NCBI GenBank assembly: GCA_963815455.1
Contig: CAWFGO010000005.1
Span: 32,001-96,000, forward strand
DNA from: an uncultured Verrucomicrobiae bacterium
GTDB taxonomy: Bacteria; Verrucomicrobiota; Verrucomicrobiia; Chthoniobacterales; UBA10450
DNA: 64,000 nt
Direction: 5' to 3'
The position numbers were made by a program, and so were the translations under genes. The notes under the pieces were generated by a model. It was given only the letters and a program-made list of their open reading frames with translations, did not search any database and was not told the origin of the DNA. This document shows positions 40,856-49,693 of the stretch, in pieces (the stretch's first letter is position 1; each line of letters opens with the position of its first letter).

Positions 40856-41895
40856 TGACGCCGTTAGTCACCGTAAATCTGCTGCGCGTCCTCTTCGTGA
40901 CGTTTTGCGCGGCGATTGGCGGCATCATCAGCTCTGAAGTTCAGGGGACGCTCTGGCCCGGTGTTTTGGCTGGAGTCATTTTCGGCCTGGCCATCGTGTT
41001 GATCGACCGGCTGCTTAGGGGATTTTCGCTGCGCGCTTTTTCTTCGGCGACCTTTGGTCTGTTGCTCGGGTTGCTCTTCGCCAATCTCCTAATGGCGTCG
41101 GATGTGCTGCATTATCAATCCGACACGATACAATGGATGGCGCGCCTGATTGTGTACAGCGCGTTCGGTTATCTCGGCATGATGCTGGCAATGCGAAGCA
41201 ACCGCGACGAATTCTCACTAATTATTCCGTACGTGCGGTTCGCTCGCGAGACGACTCAACACGAGCCGATCCTGCTCGACACAAGTGTAATCATCGACGG
41301 TCGCATTGCCGACCTGTGCGCGAGCGGATTCCTCAGTCGATCGCTCATTGTTCCGCGTTTTGTGTTGGGCGAATTGCAAGCCCTGGCTGATTCGCGCGAC
41401 CCAATCAAACGCGAACGCGGCCGGCGCGGGCTCGAGATTTTGAATCAGCTTCAGGGCTCGGGCGATATCGAACTCACCATCCACGAGAGCAGCGGCGATG
41501 CGGACCCGGCTGTCGATGCGCGCTTGGTTCGGCTGGCTCGGCTTTTGCAGGCGCGGTTGCTTACAAATGACGCTGCGCTTTGTCAGGTCGCGCACCTGCA
41601 GGCGGTCTCAACGCTCAACTTAAGTGACCTGGCCCGCGCGCTGCGCCCGGTTGTTGTCGTCGGCGAAGAAATCGATATTGCGCTTGTGAAGGAAGGCCGC
41701 GAGCAGCATCAGGCGGTGGGCTATTTACCGGATGGGACGATGATAGTTGTCAACCACGCTCGGGCGCGACTGGGAAAAAGTGCGACAGTGATTGTGGCGA
41801 GCGCGCTCCAAACGGCAGCCGGGCGTTTGATTTTTGCCGAGTTGAAGGAAAGTTCAAATTCGTCGTCCGCTCAAATTATGGAAGTAACCCAATGA
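40855..41895 (+). CDS. PIN/TRAM-domain membrane protein (YacL-like)
   Basis: Four TMs, LLDTSVIIDGRI (PIN), RGRRGLEIL, GYLPDGTMIVV (TRAM). Confidence 0.9.
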   Translation: MTPLVTVNLLRVLFVTFCAAIGGIISSEVQGTLWPGVLAGVIFGLAIVLIDRLLRGFSLRAFSSATFGLLLGLLFANLLMASDVLHYQSDTIQWMARLIVYSAFGYLGMMLAMRSNRDEFSLIIPYVRFARETTQHEPILLDTSVIIDGRIADLCASGFLSRSLIVPRFVLGELQALADSRDPIKRERGRRGLEILNQLQGSGDIELTIHESSGDADPAVDARLVRLARLLQARLLTNDAALCQVAHLQAVSTLNLSDLARALRPVVVVGEEIDIALVKEGREQHQAVGYLPDGTMIVVNHARARLGKSATVIVASALQTAAGRLIFAELKESSNSSSAQIMEVTQ

Positions 41896-42575
41896 TCAAA
41901 CTCACGTCCAACCGATCGCTGCTCCGCGTCGTTCTACTCACTGCGGCGATCTGTATTTCCGCGCTGACAAGTCCGGCCCAGACAATTGACATGACGAAGA
42001 TTGTGTATCGCCTCGCGGGTCCGGAGATTAAGCCAGATTCGCCCGACGCCCAACCGAGGACCGTGTACCGAGCGCAAGACAAGTACCTCCGAATCGAGGA
42101 ACCGCCGAACCCGGCCAAAAAAATGCACATGTTGAAGATCACGCGGGAGCCAGATGCTTGGGCGATCAACCTCATGGATCACACCGCGCAACACCTGCTC
42201 GATCCGGGCCCGACTTTTAATGTGCGAGCACCCATTATCTGGGTGCAGAGACCGCCGGATGAACCGGACCCAGACCGACAATTCATGGCGCTTGAGTTTG
42301 GCAACGAGGAGGCGTTCTTTCGTCAAAACCAGGCCCGCGAGCTGGAGCCGCGTAAGATCGACGGGAAAGAATGCAAAGCTTTAGCAATCAAGACCGATAC
42401 CAGGGAGCTAACGCTGTTGCTCGATCCGGAGACGGGAAAACCGGTTCAAATTGAAGGCACAAAAGGGGGAAAGCCCGATTTTGTTCTGCGCTACGTTTCC
42501 TACGAAACCAATCTCCCCTTCGATCCTTCATTGTTCGAGCCGCCCGAGGGACTCAAGATTACGGAAGCGAAGTGA
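41892..42575 (+). CDS. secreted hypothetical protein (LolA-like fold possible)
   Basis: Signal peptide; C-terminal DPSLFEPPEG typical of LolA-like proteins. Confidence 0.7.
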   Translation: MIKLTSNRSLLRVVLLTAAICISALTSPAQTIDMTKIVYRLAGPEIKPDSPDAQPRTVYRAQDKYLRIEEPPNPAKKMHMLKITREPDAWAINLMDHTAQHLLDPGPTFNVRAPIIWVQRPPDEPDPDRQFMALEFGNEEAFFRQNQARELEPRKIDGKECKALAIKTDTRELTLLLDPETGKPVQIEGTKGGKPDFVLRYVSYETNLPFDPSLFEPPEGLKITEAK

Positions 42576-42580
42576 TCGGT

Positions 42581-43030
42581 CTAGTACTTGAAGAGCTTGC
42601 TCTGATTTGATTCGACGAACTCCGCACGGTCCACCGACAGCGATTCGTTCATCACTTTGGAAAGTTCCTGAGCCAGGACAATGGCAATGGAGCGCGCATC
42701 ACGGGTATAGACCGGGATCGGGAACGAACCGGCATTGCGATCGTAGCCGTAAATCGTGCCGTCGGTTTCCCACACGCAATAAGCGTGACCGGCTGGACGA
42801 TTATTGTATCGGACGAGGAGGATTTTGGCCCAAAAGTTATGCTCCAGGCTGTGCTGGGTCTCGACCACCGCCAGATAATTGCAGGCCGAAATTACGCAGC
42901 CGTTAAGGACGACGAGATCATCCGCGCCCGGGGTGAGCGTGAGCGGTTGCTGGGGGCGGGCGCTGAGGGTGAGGCAGGCAAGAAGCAAAGCGCAATGATA
43001 AACAATTTTTAGGAACAAACCGGATCGCAT
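42581..43030 (-). CDS. secreted hypothetical protein
   Basis: Signal peptide; NGCV...GHAYCVW...GYD pattern reminiscent of a Cys-His-Asp triad. Confidence 0.6.
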   Translation of the reverse strand: MRSGLFLKIVYHCALLLACLTLSARPQQPLTLTPGADDLVVLNGCVISACNYLAVVETQHSLEHNFWAKILLVRYNNRPAGHAYCVWETDGTIYGYDRNAGSFPIPVYTRDARSIAIVLAQELSKVMNESLSVDRAEFVESNQSKLFKY

Positions 43031-43222
43031 GAGATTATGGAATTTATAAAGCTTATAGCATTCACCGCCGGCTTTTGGGAAGCTTTTTCTCCTCGTTTAC
43101 GAAAAAAATTTGCGCCGGATTTGCCCCCCCCGCCACCGACCCCACCCTGTTGCCGGCTCAACCCCGGTCTCTTGAGCACGTTTGCCTAGTCCAGCCGGGC
43201 AGGGTAGGTTCTCCGCACAAAA

Positions 43223-43577
43223 GGGGGCGTACTGGCTTCGACTTGTGGTTGGAAGCGCAGGCGGCATGTCGAGGATGGTTCGTTGGCCTCGTAAAAAACC
43301 GAGCCAAAACAAATAAACGCAGATCACCAAGATCTCGCTCTCGCGGCTTAATTGACCGTGACGTTTGGAGCTGGACGCCTGCTACGGCGCCAAACGTGGA
43401 CAGCAGGCTAATCGGACGGCGGAGCGACCGCGCCGGACGGTGAAGGAAATTCGCGGATGCTCGGGAGACGGCAGTGCGCCGGTGCAACGTCGGCTCCTTA
43501 AACTTTAACGCCGGATAAACATGTAGATGTCTGCGTGGATAACCGCGAGGACAGGGGTTCAACTCCCCTCGCCTCCA
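43223..43577 (+). ncRNA. ssrA: tmRNA
   Basis: 5' GGGGGCGTACTGGCTTCGAC, 3' GACAGGGGTTCAACTCCCCTCGCCTCCA, G3:U pair in the acceptor stem; tag ORF 43319-43351 encodes ADHQDLALAA*. Confidence 0.95.
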
Positions 43578-43688
43578 GGCTTCGCTCGCGACGAAGTGGC
43601 GAGTGAAGCCTGTCGCGGCGTAGCCCTTTGGCGAAGCCGGACTTTTCGACCCAACAAATCAACGTCGCGAGCTACGCCCCGGCAAGCC
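43578..43688. repeat. hairpin plus GGCGTAGC...GCTACGCC palindromic element
   Basis: GGCTTCGCTCGC...GCGAGTGAAGCC hairpin (43578-43610), then imperfect IR 43608-43624 / 43671-43687. Confidence 0.7.
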
Positions 43689-43699
43689 ATTCAAACCTT

Positions 43700-43945
43700 G
43701 TGGCATTTACCTACGTGTACATCCTCCAAAGCGCGGTCGATCTCGATCGGTTCTATACGGGACTGACCACCGATCTGCGCGATCGTCTTAAACGGCATGA
43801 CGACGGCCGCGTGCGCCATACCGCGAAATGGAAGCCATGGACGCTGAAAACATACATCGCGATGTTGGATCGAAAGCGGGCAGCTGAACTCGAGCAATAC
43901 CTTAAATCACATTCGGGCCGCGCGTTCGTGAAGAAGCATCTGTAG
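43700..43945 (+). CDS. GIY-YIG nuclease (small, YhbQ/SLX1-like)
   Basis: YVYILQS, FYTGLT, RLKRH, HTAKWKPW, ELEQYLKSHSGRAF. Confidence 0.9.
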   Translation: MAFTYVYILQSAVDLDRFYTGLTTDLRDRLKRHDDGRVRHTAKWKPWTLKTYIAMLDRKRAAELEQYLKSHSGRAFVKKHL

Positions 43946-44034
43946 ACAGCGCAGCCCAGGCGGAGGCTGCCGCGCCGAATGAAGCGACATGTTTCATCCT
44001 TCTCGATTCATCGGTGTTCCGGTAAGTAAGACGC

Positions 44035-44342
44035 GTGATACGCCGGAATTTCAGCAGTCGCGCGCGGGAGCTTTCGGGGGCCAGGCGATTATGATCTTCA
44101 TCCCGAAGAGCGGACGCACCTGGGTGCGGACTTTCCTCTGTTCATACTTTTGCAAACGGCACGGGCATCCGTTTACGCTCGATCCGAATCAATACCGCGA
44201 TCCGGCAATCCCGCGGATTATTTTTAGCCACTATTTGTTCGAGCACCGCACCAGGGGCAGTTTTTGTGATTGGCTCCGCGGAAAATATCTGGTTCCAGCG
44301 GAAGAGCTTCGCCGGGCTAAAATTGTCCTCCTGGTGCGCGAT
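44035..44342 (+). pseudogene. truncated, frameshifted sulfotransferase paralog
   Basis: Aligns by eye to the start of the 46242 gene (IRRNFSSRAR, PKSGRTWVR, GKYLVP); 1-bp deletion near 44080; homology stops at LLVRD. Confidence 0.85.
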
Positions 44343-44445
44343 TTGGCCTTCCAAAGGCGAAAACATGCTGTGTAGTCAGCGGCCCGAAAAGGTGTTTCAA
44401 TACTCGCGAAGCCATGCGCTCGGCATCAACAAGACAACGGTTGAA

Positions 44446-44517
44446 AGAGTCCACCTCATCGAGAAGGCTTTCCAGCGCCTCATGTTCGACACGACAAGCT
44501 TCGAAAGCGTAAGCTAA
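44446..44517 (+). pseudogene. C-terminal remnant resembling type III R-M Mod subunit
   Basis: RVHLIEKAFQRLMFD resembles the recalled KVRLIEEEFxRLMFD C-terminus of a type III methyltransferase family; TAATG overlap with satD. Confidence 0.5.
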
Positions 44518-45194
44518 TGAAAGTCCACGCAGTCATGACAGGCGATGTAATCCGCTCGCGGCATTTATCGGCCGCGCAGCACAAAAGCGTCAATTCGCGT
44601 CTAAAGGCGCTGTCGATAAAGTTTGGTGAACTACATCCCGGATCGATGGTGGGGGAAACAGATATTTTCCGAGGCGATAGCTGGCAGTGTTGCCTCAAAC
44701 AACCTTATCTCGTGGTGACGGCCGCCGTTTTTTTTCGGGCTGGATTGAAGGCGGACGATCTGGACAGCCGAATCGGCCTGGGGATCGGAACGGTAGAAAC
44801 GCTGAATCCAAAAAAGATTTCGGAATCGACCGGACCAGCATTTGTCGCGTCCGGCCGTTCGCTCGACTCGCTGGAGAAGGGCCGGAACATGGGTTTGGTC
44901 GTGTCCGACGAAAAAGATGCGGATTCAAAACGGTATCTTACCGACTTGGTTATCCCCCTTCTCGACGCGCAAATCACCCGCTGGACGCAACGAGAAGCCG
45001 TGGCCGTTTTCGGAAGCATGCACGGTCTAACCCAACAGGAAATCGCGGATTGGCCTCCGGCAAAGGCCGAACACGGCGGCCAGCCAACACGTCAGGCGAT
45101 CCAGGACGCGTTAACGCGAAGCGAATGGACCGGCTTGGTGGAATCGCTTTTGAAAAAGCTGGAGAAACTGTTGAAGGCGGAGGAATGGAAGTGA
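44517..45194 (+). CDS. SatD-family protein
   Basis: AVMTGDVIRS, FRGDSWQ, RIGLGIG, STGPAFVASGR, C-terminal HTH (TQQEIA...TRQAI). Confidence 0.85.
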   Translation: MKVHAVMTGDVIRSRHLSAAQHKSVNSRLKALSIKFGELHPGSMVGETDIFRGDSWQCCLKQPYLVVTAAVFFRAGLKADDLDSRIGLGIGTVETLNPKKISESTGPAFVASGRSLDSLEKGRNMGLVVSDEKDADSKRYLTDLVIPLLDAQITRWTQREAVAVFGSMHGLTQQEIADWPPAKAEHGGQPTRQAIQDALTRSEWTGLVESLLKKLEKLLKAEEWK

Positions 45195-45203
45195 ATTTGG
45201 ATG

Positions 45204-45252
45204 TGCAAGCCAAAAAGCTTGCATTTGTCGATAGCAAGCCAAATAGCTTGCT
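45204..45252. promoter_or_regulatory. two palindromic operator-like sites GCAAGC-N6-GCTTGC
   Basis: TGCAAGCcaaaaaGCTTGCA (45204-45223) and AGCAAGCcaaataGCTTGCT (45233-45252). Confidence 0.55.
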
Positions 45253-45258
45253 TGAGCC

Positions 45259-45966
45259 ATGACCTCGGTTTTTATCATCCTCCTTTGCGCCCATTGTTTG
45301 GGGGATTTCCTCCTCCAGACCGATTGGATCGCCAGGAACAAGAGACGGCTATGGGTGCTGGCTCTTCATGCCTCCATGCACGGCGCTCTTGCTTACGTGC
45401 TACTGCAGAAGTGGGAAATCTGGAAACTTCCGCTCTTACTGGGAGCGCTCCATTTTGCCGTCGATTTCCTTAAAGCACGCGTCCGGAGATCGGCCACGTC
45501 ATTTGCGGCCGATCAAGCCGCCCATGTGATCCTGCTGGCCGCACTTTCGTGGTGGGCAGTGCACAGCGGGCAAGTTTCGGAGTTCTCAGGATTGGGTTGG
45601 GCTTGGATCGTTCTGCTCTCGGGCTTCAGTGCGGTGGTAAGGGGGGCGGGGTTTTTCGTGGGTGAAGTCGCAGAAGCGCTCATCAGAAATAATCCAGGAT
45701 TGGAAGCTGAAATAAAACAGGGCCTTAAAGAAGGCGGAAAAATGATCGGCCAATTGGAGCGGGCGCTGGTCTTTCTTTTCCTGGGCATTGGTTATCCCGA
45801 AGGCATTGGATTCCTGGTTGCGGCAAAATCGATTCTACGATTTGAGGAGGCCAAGAAGCAGCCGCTCGCCGAGTACGTTCTCGTGGGCACTCTTCTAAGC
45901 TTCAGCCTGGCAGTCGCGCTTTCCTGGTTGACCTTGCGTGTTCTTGAAATGGCTCCAAAACCGTAA
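45259..45966 (+). CDS. DUF3307-domain membrane protein
   Basis: AHCLGDFLLQ, HFAVD, DQAAH, GKMIGQLER, AAKSILRF, EYVLVGTLLS. Confidence 0.9.
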   Translation: MTSVFIILLCAHCLGDFLLQTDWIARNKRRLWVLALHASMHGALAYVLLQKWEIWKLPLLLGALHFAVDFLKARVRRSATSFAADQAAHVILLAALSWWAVHSGQVSEFSGLGWAWIVLLSGFSAVVRGAGFFVGEVAEALIRNNPGLEAEIKQGLKEGGKMIGQLERALVFLFLGIGYPEGIGFLVAAKSILRFEEAKKQPLAEYVLVGTLLSFSLAVALSWLTLRVLEMAPKP

Positions 45967-45972
45967 GCAAGA

Positions 45973-46080
45973 ATGCCTATCCACTTCGCGGACAAACTAA
46001 TTCTTGCTCGGTGGGCGTTGGGCTAGCTCGATACTTCGACAGATTCTCCGAGATGCTCCGCGGTCCGGAGTTTGAGGGCC
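45973..46080 (+). pseudogene. N-terminal remnant resembling type III R-M Res subunit
   Basis: MPIHFADKLILARWALG* then, in another frame, FDRFSEMLRGPEFEG; resembles recalled FxxKLVLNQW...F..L...L+...LEG N-termini. Confidence 0.45.
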
Positions 46081-46241
46081 GGTCGGGGAGATGGAAACGG
46101 GTCGCGGGGACGAAACGGGACATCTTTTTATTCTTGTCATGACTTAGTCGGCTTCCGCTTGGCCGATGGCTAGAATGCCGGAGGATGAGATTCGCGCCAT
46201 GCTTCTTTGCGAATGCTGGATTTTCCGGGTAATACAGACGC

Positions 46242-47057
46242 GTGATTCGGCGGAATTTTAGCAGCCGCGCGCGCCAACTCTCAGGCGGCGATGCGATCGT
46301 GATTTCAATTCCGAAAAGCGGGCGCACCTGGGTGCGCGCTTTCCTTGCCGCCTACTTTTCCAAAAAACATGGGCGCGAATTCACTTTGGATCTGAAAGGA
46401 GATGTCGATGCTGGAATCCCGCGGGTGATTTTCACTCACGATCGGTTCGAGCACCGCACGAAGGGCAGTATCTGGGACCGGGTGCGAGGAAAGTATCTGG
46501 TTCCGGCGAAAGAATTGCGCCGCGCCAGGATCATTCTGTTGGCGCGCGATCCGCGCGATTGTTTTGTCTCTCTTTATCTTCAGATGACACGCCGGACGGA
46601 AGAGACGCCAGAGGCATTGCGCACCAAAACGATCGGCGAATTGTTGCGCGATCACCGGCACGGGATTCGAGCGATAATCGAAACGATGAACAGATGGCTC
46701 GAACAGTTCGCCGGGCGCGAAAATTTTGCTTTAATTCGCTATGAATCGTTGCGCAGTGCGCCCGCCGAAAATTTTCGGAAATTACTCTATGCCATTGGCG
46801 ACACTGCGCCGGACTTGTCGATCTTGGAGGAGGCGATCGAATTCTCGCGATTCGAGAACATGCAGCGAATGGAAGCATCCGGCGCGTTCGAATCGAAAAT
46901 CCTGCGGCCAGGCGACGTGCGCGACCCCGAATCGTATAAGGTGCGCCGGGGACGAGTGGGCGGGTTTGCTGAGTATCTTTCCGTCGAGGATCGACAATAT
47001 GCCGATGCCATGTTGACTCGGCTCAATCCACGCTTCGGCTATCGTAAAATGTTCTAA
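46242..47057 (+). CDS. sulfotransferase
   Basis: 5'-PSB PKSGRTW, 3'-PB RDPRDCFVS, RYESL, KVRRGRVGG. Confidence 0.9.
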   Translation: MIRRNFSSRARQLSGGDAIVISIPKSGRTWVRAFLAAYFSKKHGREFTLDLKGDVDAGIPRVIFTHDRFEHRTKGSIWDRVRGKYLVPAKELRRARIILLARDPRDCFVSLYLQMTRRTEETPEALRTKTIGELLRDHRHGIRAIIETMNRWLEQFAGRENFALIRYESLRSAPAENFRKLLYAIGDTAPDLSILEEAIEFSRFENMQRMEASGAFESKILRPGDVRDPESYKVRRGRVGGFAEYLSVEDRQYADAMLTRLNPRFGYRKMF

Positions 47058-47821
47058 ACCCGACCCGTTCCCCAGCGGCGGTGAAGAAAACGTTCCCACG
47101 GCGAGAACAGAATTTTATCCGCGAGCAAACCGATCAGGACGATCACGAGCATGATCCCGATGACCTGATCCATCGCGTTCAATTCGCGGCCGTAGTGGAG
47201 CAAATGACCAAGGCCGAAGCCGGTCAGGATCGTCACGTAAATTTCCGCGGCCATCAGCGAGCGCCATGCGAAAGCCCAACCTTGCTTCATCCCGCTGACC
47301 AAATACGGCAGTGAGGCTGGCAAGATCACCCGCGTCCATCTGTGAAAAAGATGCGAGCCCATTGTTCGCGCGGCCCGCGCGTAAATCGGCGGAATCGTGC
47401 GTACGCCAGTATCGGTTGCGATCACTACCGACCAAACCGTTCCCATGATGACCACGAAGAGCATCGCGCCTTCTGTTTGACCAAACCAAAGCAGGGCCAG
47501 CGGAACCCAACAAACACTGGGCAAGGTTTGCAACCCGAGCGCGAGCACACCGATCGTATCTTCCACGAATGTCGATGAAGCGGTGAGCAAGCCAAGCGGA
47601 AGTCCGATGACAAGACCAATCAAATATCCCAGGAGCAACCGGCGCAGTGTGACCGCGGCGGCTTGAAGCAATGTGCCATCGCGAGTTGCGCCGATTATGT
47701 ATTCGCCCACGCTTCGCGGTGATGGGAGCAGAATGGGCGACCAGATTTTCGCGTGAACAATTGCCGCCCAAATCGCGACCAACGCTGCGAAAAACAAAAG
47801 TGCAAGCAGAGTGCGTCTCAT
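47054..47821 (-). CDS. NitT/TauT/SsuC-family ABC permease
   Basis: LQTLPSVCW, AARTMG (EAA-like), AWRSLMAAE. Confidence 0.92.
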   Translation of the reverse strand: MRRTLLALLFFAALVAIWAAIVHAKIWSPILLPSPRSVGEYIIGATRDGTLLQAAAVTLRRLLLGYLIGLVIGLPLGLLTASSTFVEDTIGVLALGLQTLPSVCWVPLALLWFGQTEGAMLFVVIMGTVWSVVIATDTGVRTIPPIYARAARTMGSHLFHRWTRVILPASLPYLVSGMKQGWAFAWRSLMAAEIYVTILTGFGLGHLLHYGRELNAMDQVIGIMLVIVLIGLLADKILFSPWERFLHRRWGTGRV

Positions 47822-48639
47822 CTTTTTACGGCTTCGAGATCAGGAGCGCTTTCCTGGACGTGCGCCCGCAGCGCGGCGGTCAACTGCGATGCGTGTTGCG
47901 CGATGTCGATGCTATTGAAATCGCGAGGGCGGGGGAGTTTCACGTCAAAGATTTCTCTGATCCGGCCGGGAGTCGGCGACATGATCACGACGCGATCAGC
48001 CAGGCAGGCCGCTTCGCGCACGTTGTGGGTAACGAATACGATCGTTTTGCGCCGCTCCTGCCAAATCCGTTGAATGTCGCCGTAGAGTTGTTCGCGGGTC
48101 ATGGCGTCGAGAGCGGCGAAAGGTTCGTCCATCAAGAGAACGCGTGGATTGGGAGCCAGGGCCCGAGCAAGCGCCACCCGCTGGCGCATTCCGCCGGAAA
48201 GCTCGTGCACGTTCGCCTCCATGAAGTTTTCCAGGCCGACCAGATGGAGAAAAAACTTCGCGACCTCGCGGCGCTCGCGATTGGTTAAGCCCGGTTTTAA
48301 TTTCAACCCGAACATGACGTTGCCGAAAACATTCAGCCACGGAAAAAGCGCGGAATCCTGAAACATCACGAGCCGGTGACGGCCGGGCTCGTGCACCGGT
48401 TGATGATCTGCCAGAACGCGGCCCTTATCCGGTTTTTCCAGGCCGGCGATGATATCGAGCAATGTCGATTTTCCGCAGCCGCTCGGTCCCACCATGACGA
48501 TGAATTCGCCTTCGCTCACTTCGAGCGAGACATCGTCGAGCGCATGAACGACGTGGCGTTTCTGGTGAAACCATTTCGATACGTGCTCGACCACCAACTT
48601 TGCCGGCGGCGGTCCTTGTAATTCTTCCTGGAGCGACAT
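47818..48639 (-). CDS. NitT/TauT/SsuB-family ABC ATPase
   Basis: GPSGCGKST, LSGGMRQR, LMDEPFAALDAMTRE. Confidence 0.93.
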   Translation of the reverse strand: MSLQEELQGPPPAKLVVEHVSKWFHQKRHVVHALDDVSLEVSEGEFIVMVGPSGCGKSTLLDIIAGLEKPDKGRVLADHQPVHEPGRHRLVMFQDSALFPWLNVFGNVMFGLKLKPGLTNRERREVAKFFLHLVGLENFMEANVHELSGGMRQRVALARALAPNPRVLLMDEPFAALDAMTREQLYGDIQRIWQERRKTIVFVTHNVREAACLADRVVIMSPTPGRIREIFDVKLPRPRDFNSIDIAQHASQLTAALRAHVQESAPDLEAVKR

Positions 48640-49595
48640 TAAGGATTCTCGATCAAGCGGCCCAGATCCGGAACGTTGCGCAAAAAGCCCGCTGCTTTTG
48701 CGTTCGCCACAAACTTCTCCAGCGCGTCCGGCCGCGCCTCGTTCGTAAGCACGATTCGCTTCCAGGCATGCGCGACTAAATCAGGCGGCATTTGTGCTTT
48801 CGTTTCTGCGCTCAGTTCCGCGACGACCAATTTCTGCGCTTCTGCCGGGTTCTTGTCGATCCAATCGGTAAGTGCGCGATGCGCTTCCACAAACTTGCGC
48901 GCCAGGTCGCGGTTGGCACCCAGGAATTTCACGGACGAAACGAGCACCGTGGTTGGCGAATCCGTTTCCTCGACTAAAACTTTTCCGCCAGCTTCGATTT
49001 CCAGTCGTGAAAGCCATGGCTCCACCGTCCATACACCGTCGATCTTTCCTTGTTTGAAAAGCGAAAGCTGGTCGGGATTTTCCGCGGGCAAAACCTGAGC
49101 GTCGCCGCCGAGCTGGGTAATTTTCAATCCGCCGGCGCTCAACCATGCCCGACAGGAAACGTCCTGGGTGTTTCCCAATTGCGGCGTCGCGATTCTCTTT
49201 CCGCGAAAATCGGCCGCGCTTTTTAGGATGCCGTTGGCGGGTACGACCAAGCCCGCGCCGCCATTAACCGCGCCGCTAATGATTCGGATTTCTTCGCCCC
49301 GCGATTTCGAATACGCATTGATGGCCGGACTCGGGCCGACGTAAGTGAGATCGATGGAATCTGCGAAGATCGCCTCCATTGCGCTCGGTCCGGCATTGTA
49401 AACGAACCAGTCGATCTTCGCACCGTTGCCGAGACGTTCTTCGAACCAGCCTTTGCCCTGACGCGACATCGCATGAGCAACCAAGGCCTGGACGTGAGTC
49501 ACATTTGGAAAATGGCCGACACGAATTTTCGTCTCGGCCGAAGCCGAGATGCCGGCCGTTGCCATCAACACAATGGATAGGATCGACATCTTCAT
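48639..49595 (-). CDS. aliphatic sulfonate-type ABC substrate-binding protein
   Basis: GHFPNVTH, NAGPSAME, YVGPSPA, ATPQLGNTQDV, VEPW. Confidence 0.9.
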   Translation of the reverse strand: MKMSILSIVLMATAGISASAETKIRVGHFPNVTHVQALVAHAMSRQGKGWFEERLGNGAKIDWFVYNAGPSAMEAIFADSIDLTYVGPSPAINAYSKSRGEEIRIISGAVNGGAGLVVPANGILKSAADFRGKRIATPQLGNTQDVSCRAWLSAGGLKITQLGGDAQVLPAENPDQLSLFKQGKIDGVWTVEPWLSRLEIEAGGKVLVEETDSPTTVLVSSVKFLGANRDLARKFVEAHRALTDWIDKNPAEAQKLVVAELSAETKAQMPPDLVAHAWKRIVLTNEARPDALEKFVANAKAAGFLRNVPDLGRLIENP

Positions 49596-49693
49596 CTGTT
49601 TTCAGGCTGCTGTCAGATCCGTCTCACGCGGTCAGATTAGCGCAAGATGAGCATGTGCCGTTCTGCTGTCGAGATCAATCGTGGCCCGCGCAA

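Noticed and set aside
43075..43562. ORFs 43075-43443 (+) and 43158-43562 (-)
   Set aside because: They overlap the tmRNA and have no protein-like features.
43560..46240. Integrase-mediated island with duplicated tmRNA 3' end
   Set aside because: No second copy of the tmRNA 3' end and no integrase were found by eye in the window.
49596..49690. SAM riboswitch or leader peptide upstream of the sulfonate ABC operon
   Set aside because: CTCATC...GATGAA ends are suggestive, but the SAM-I core motifs are missing and the short ORF has no Cys run; an Infernal/Rfam scan would be needed.
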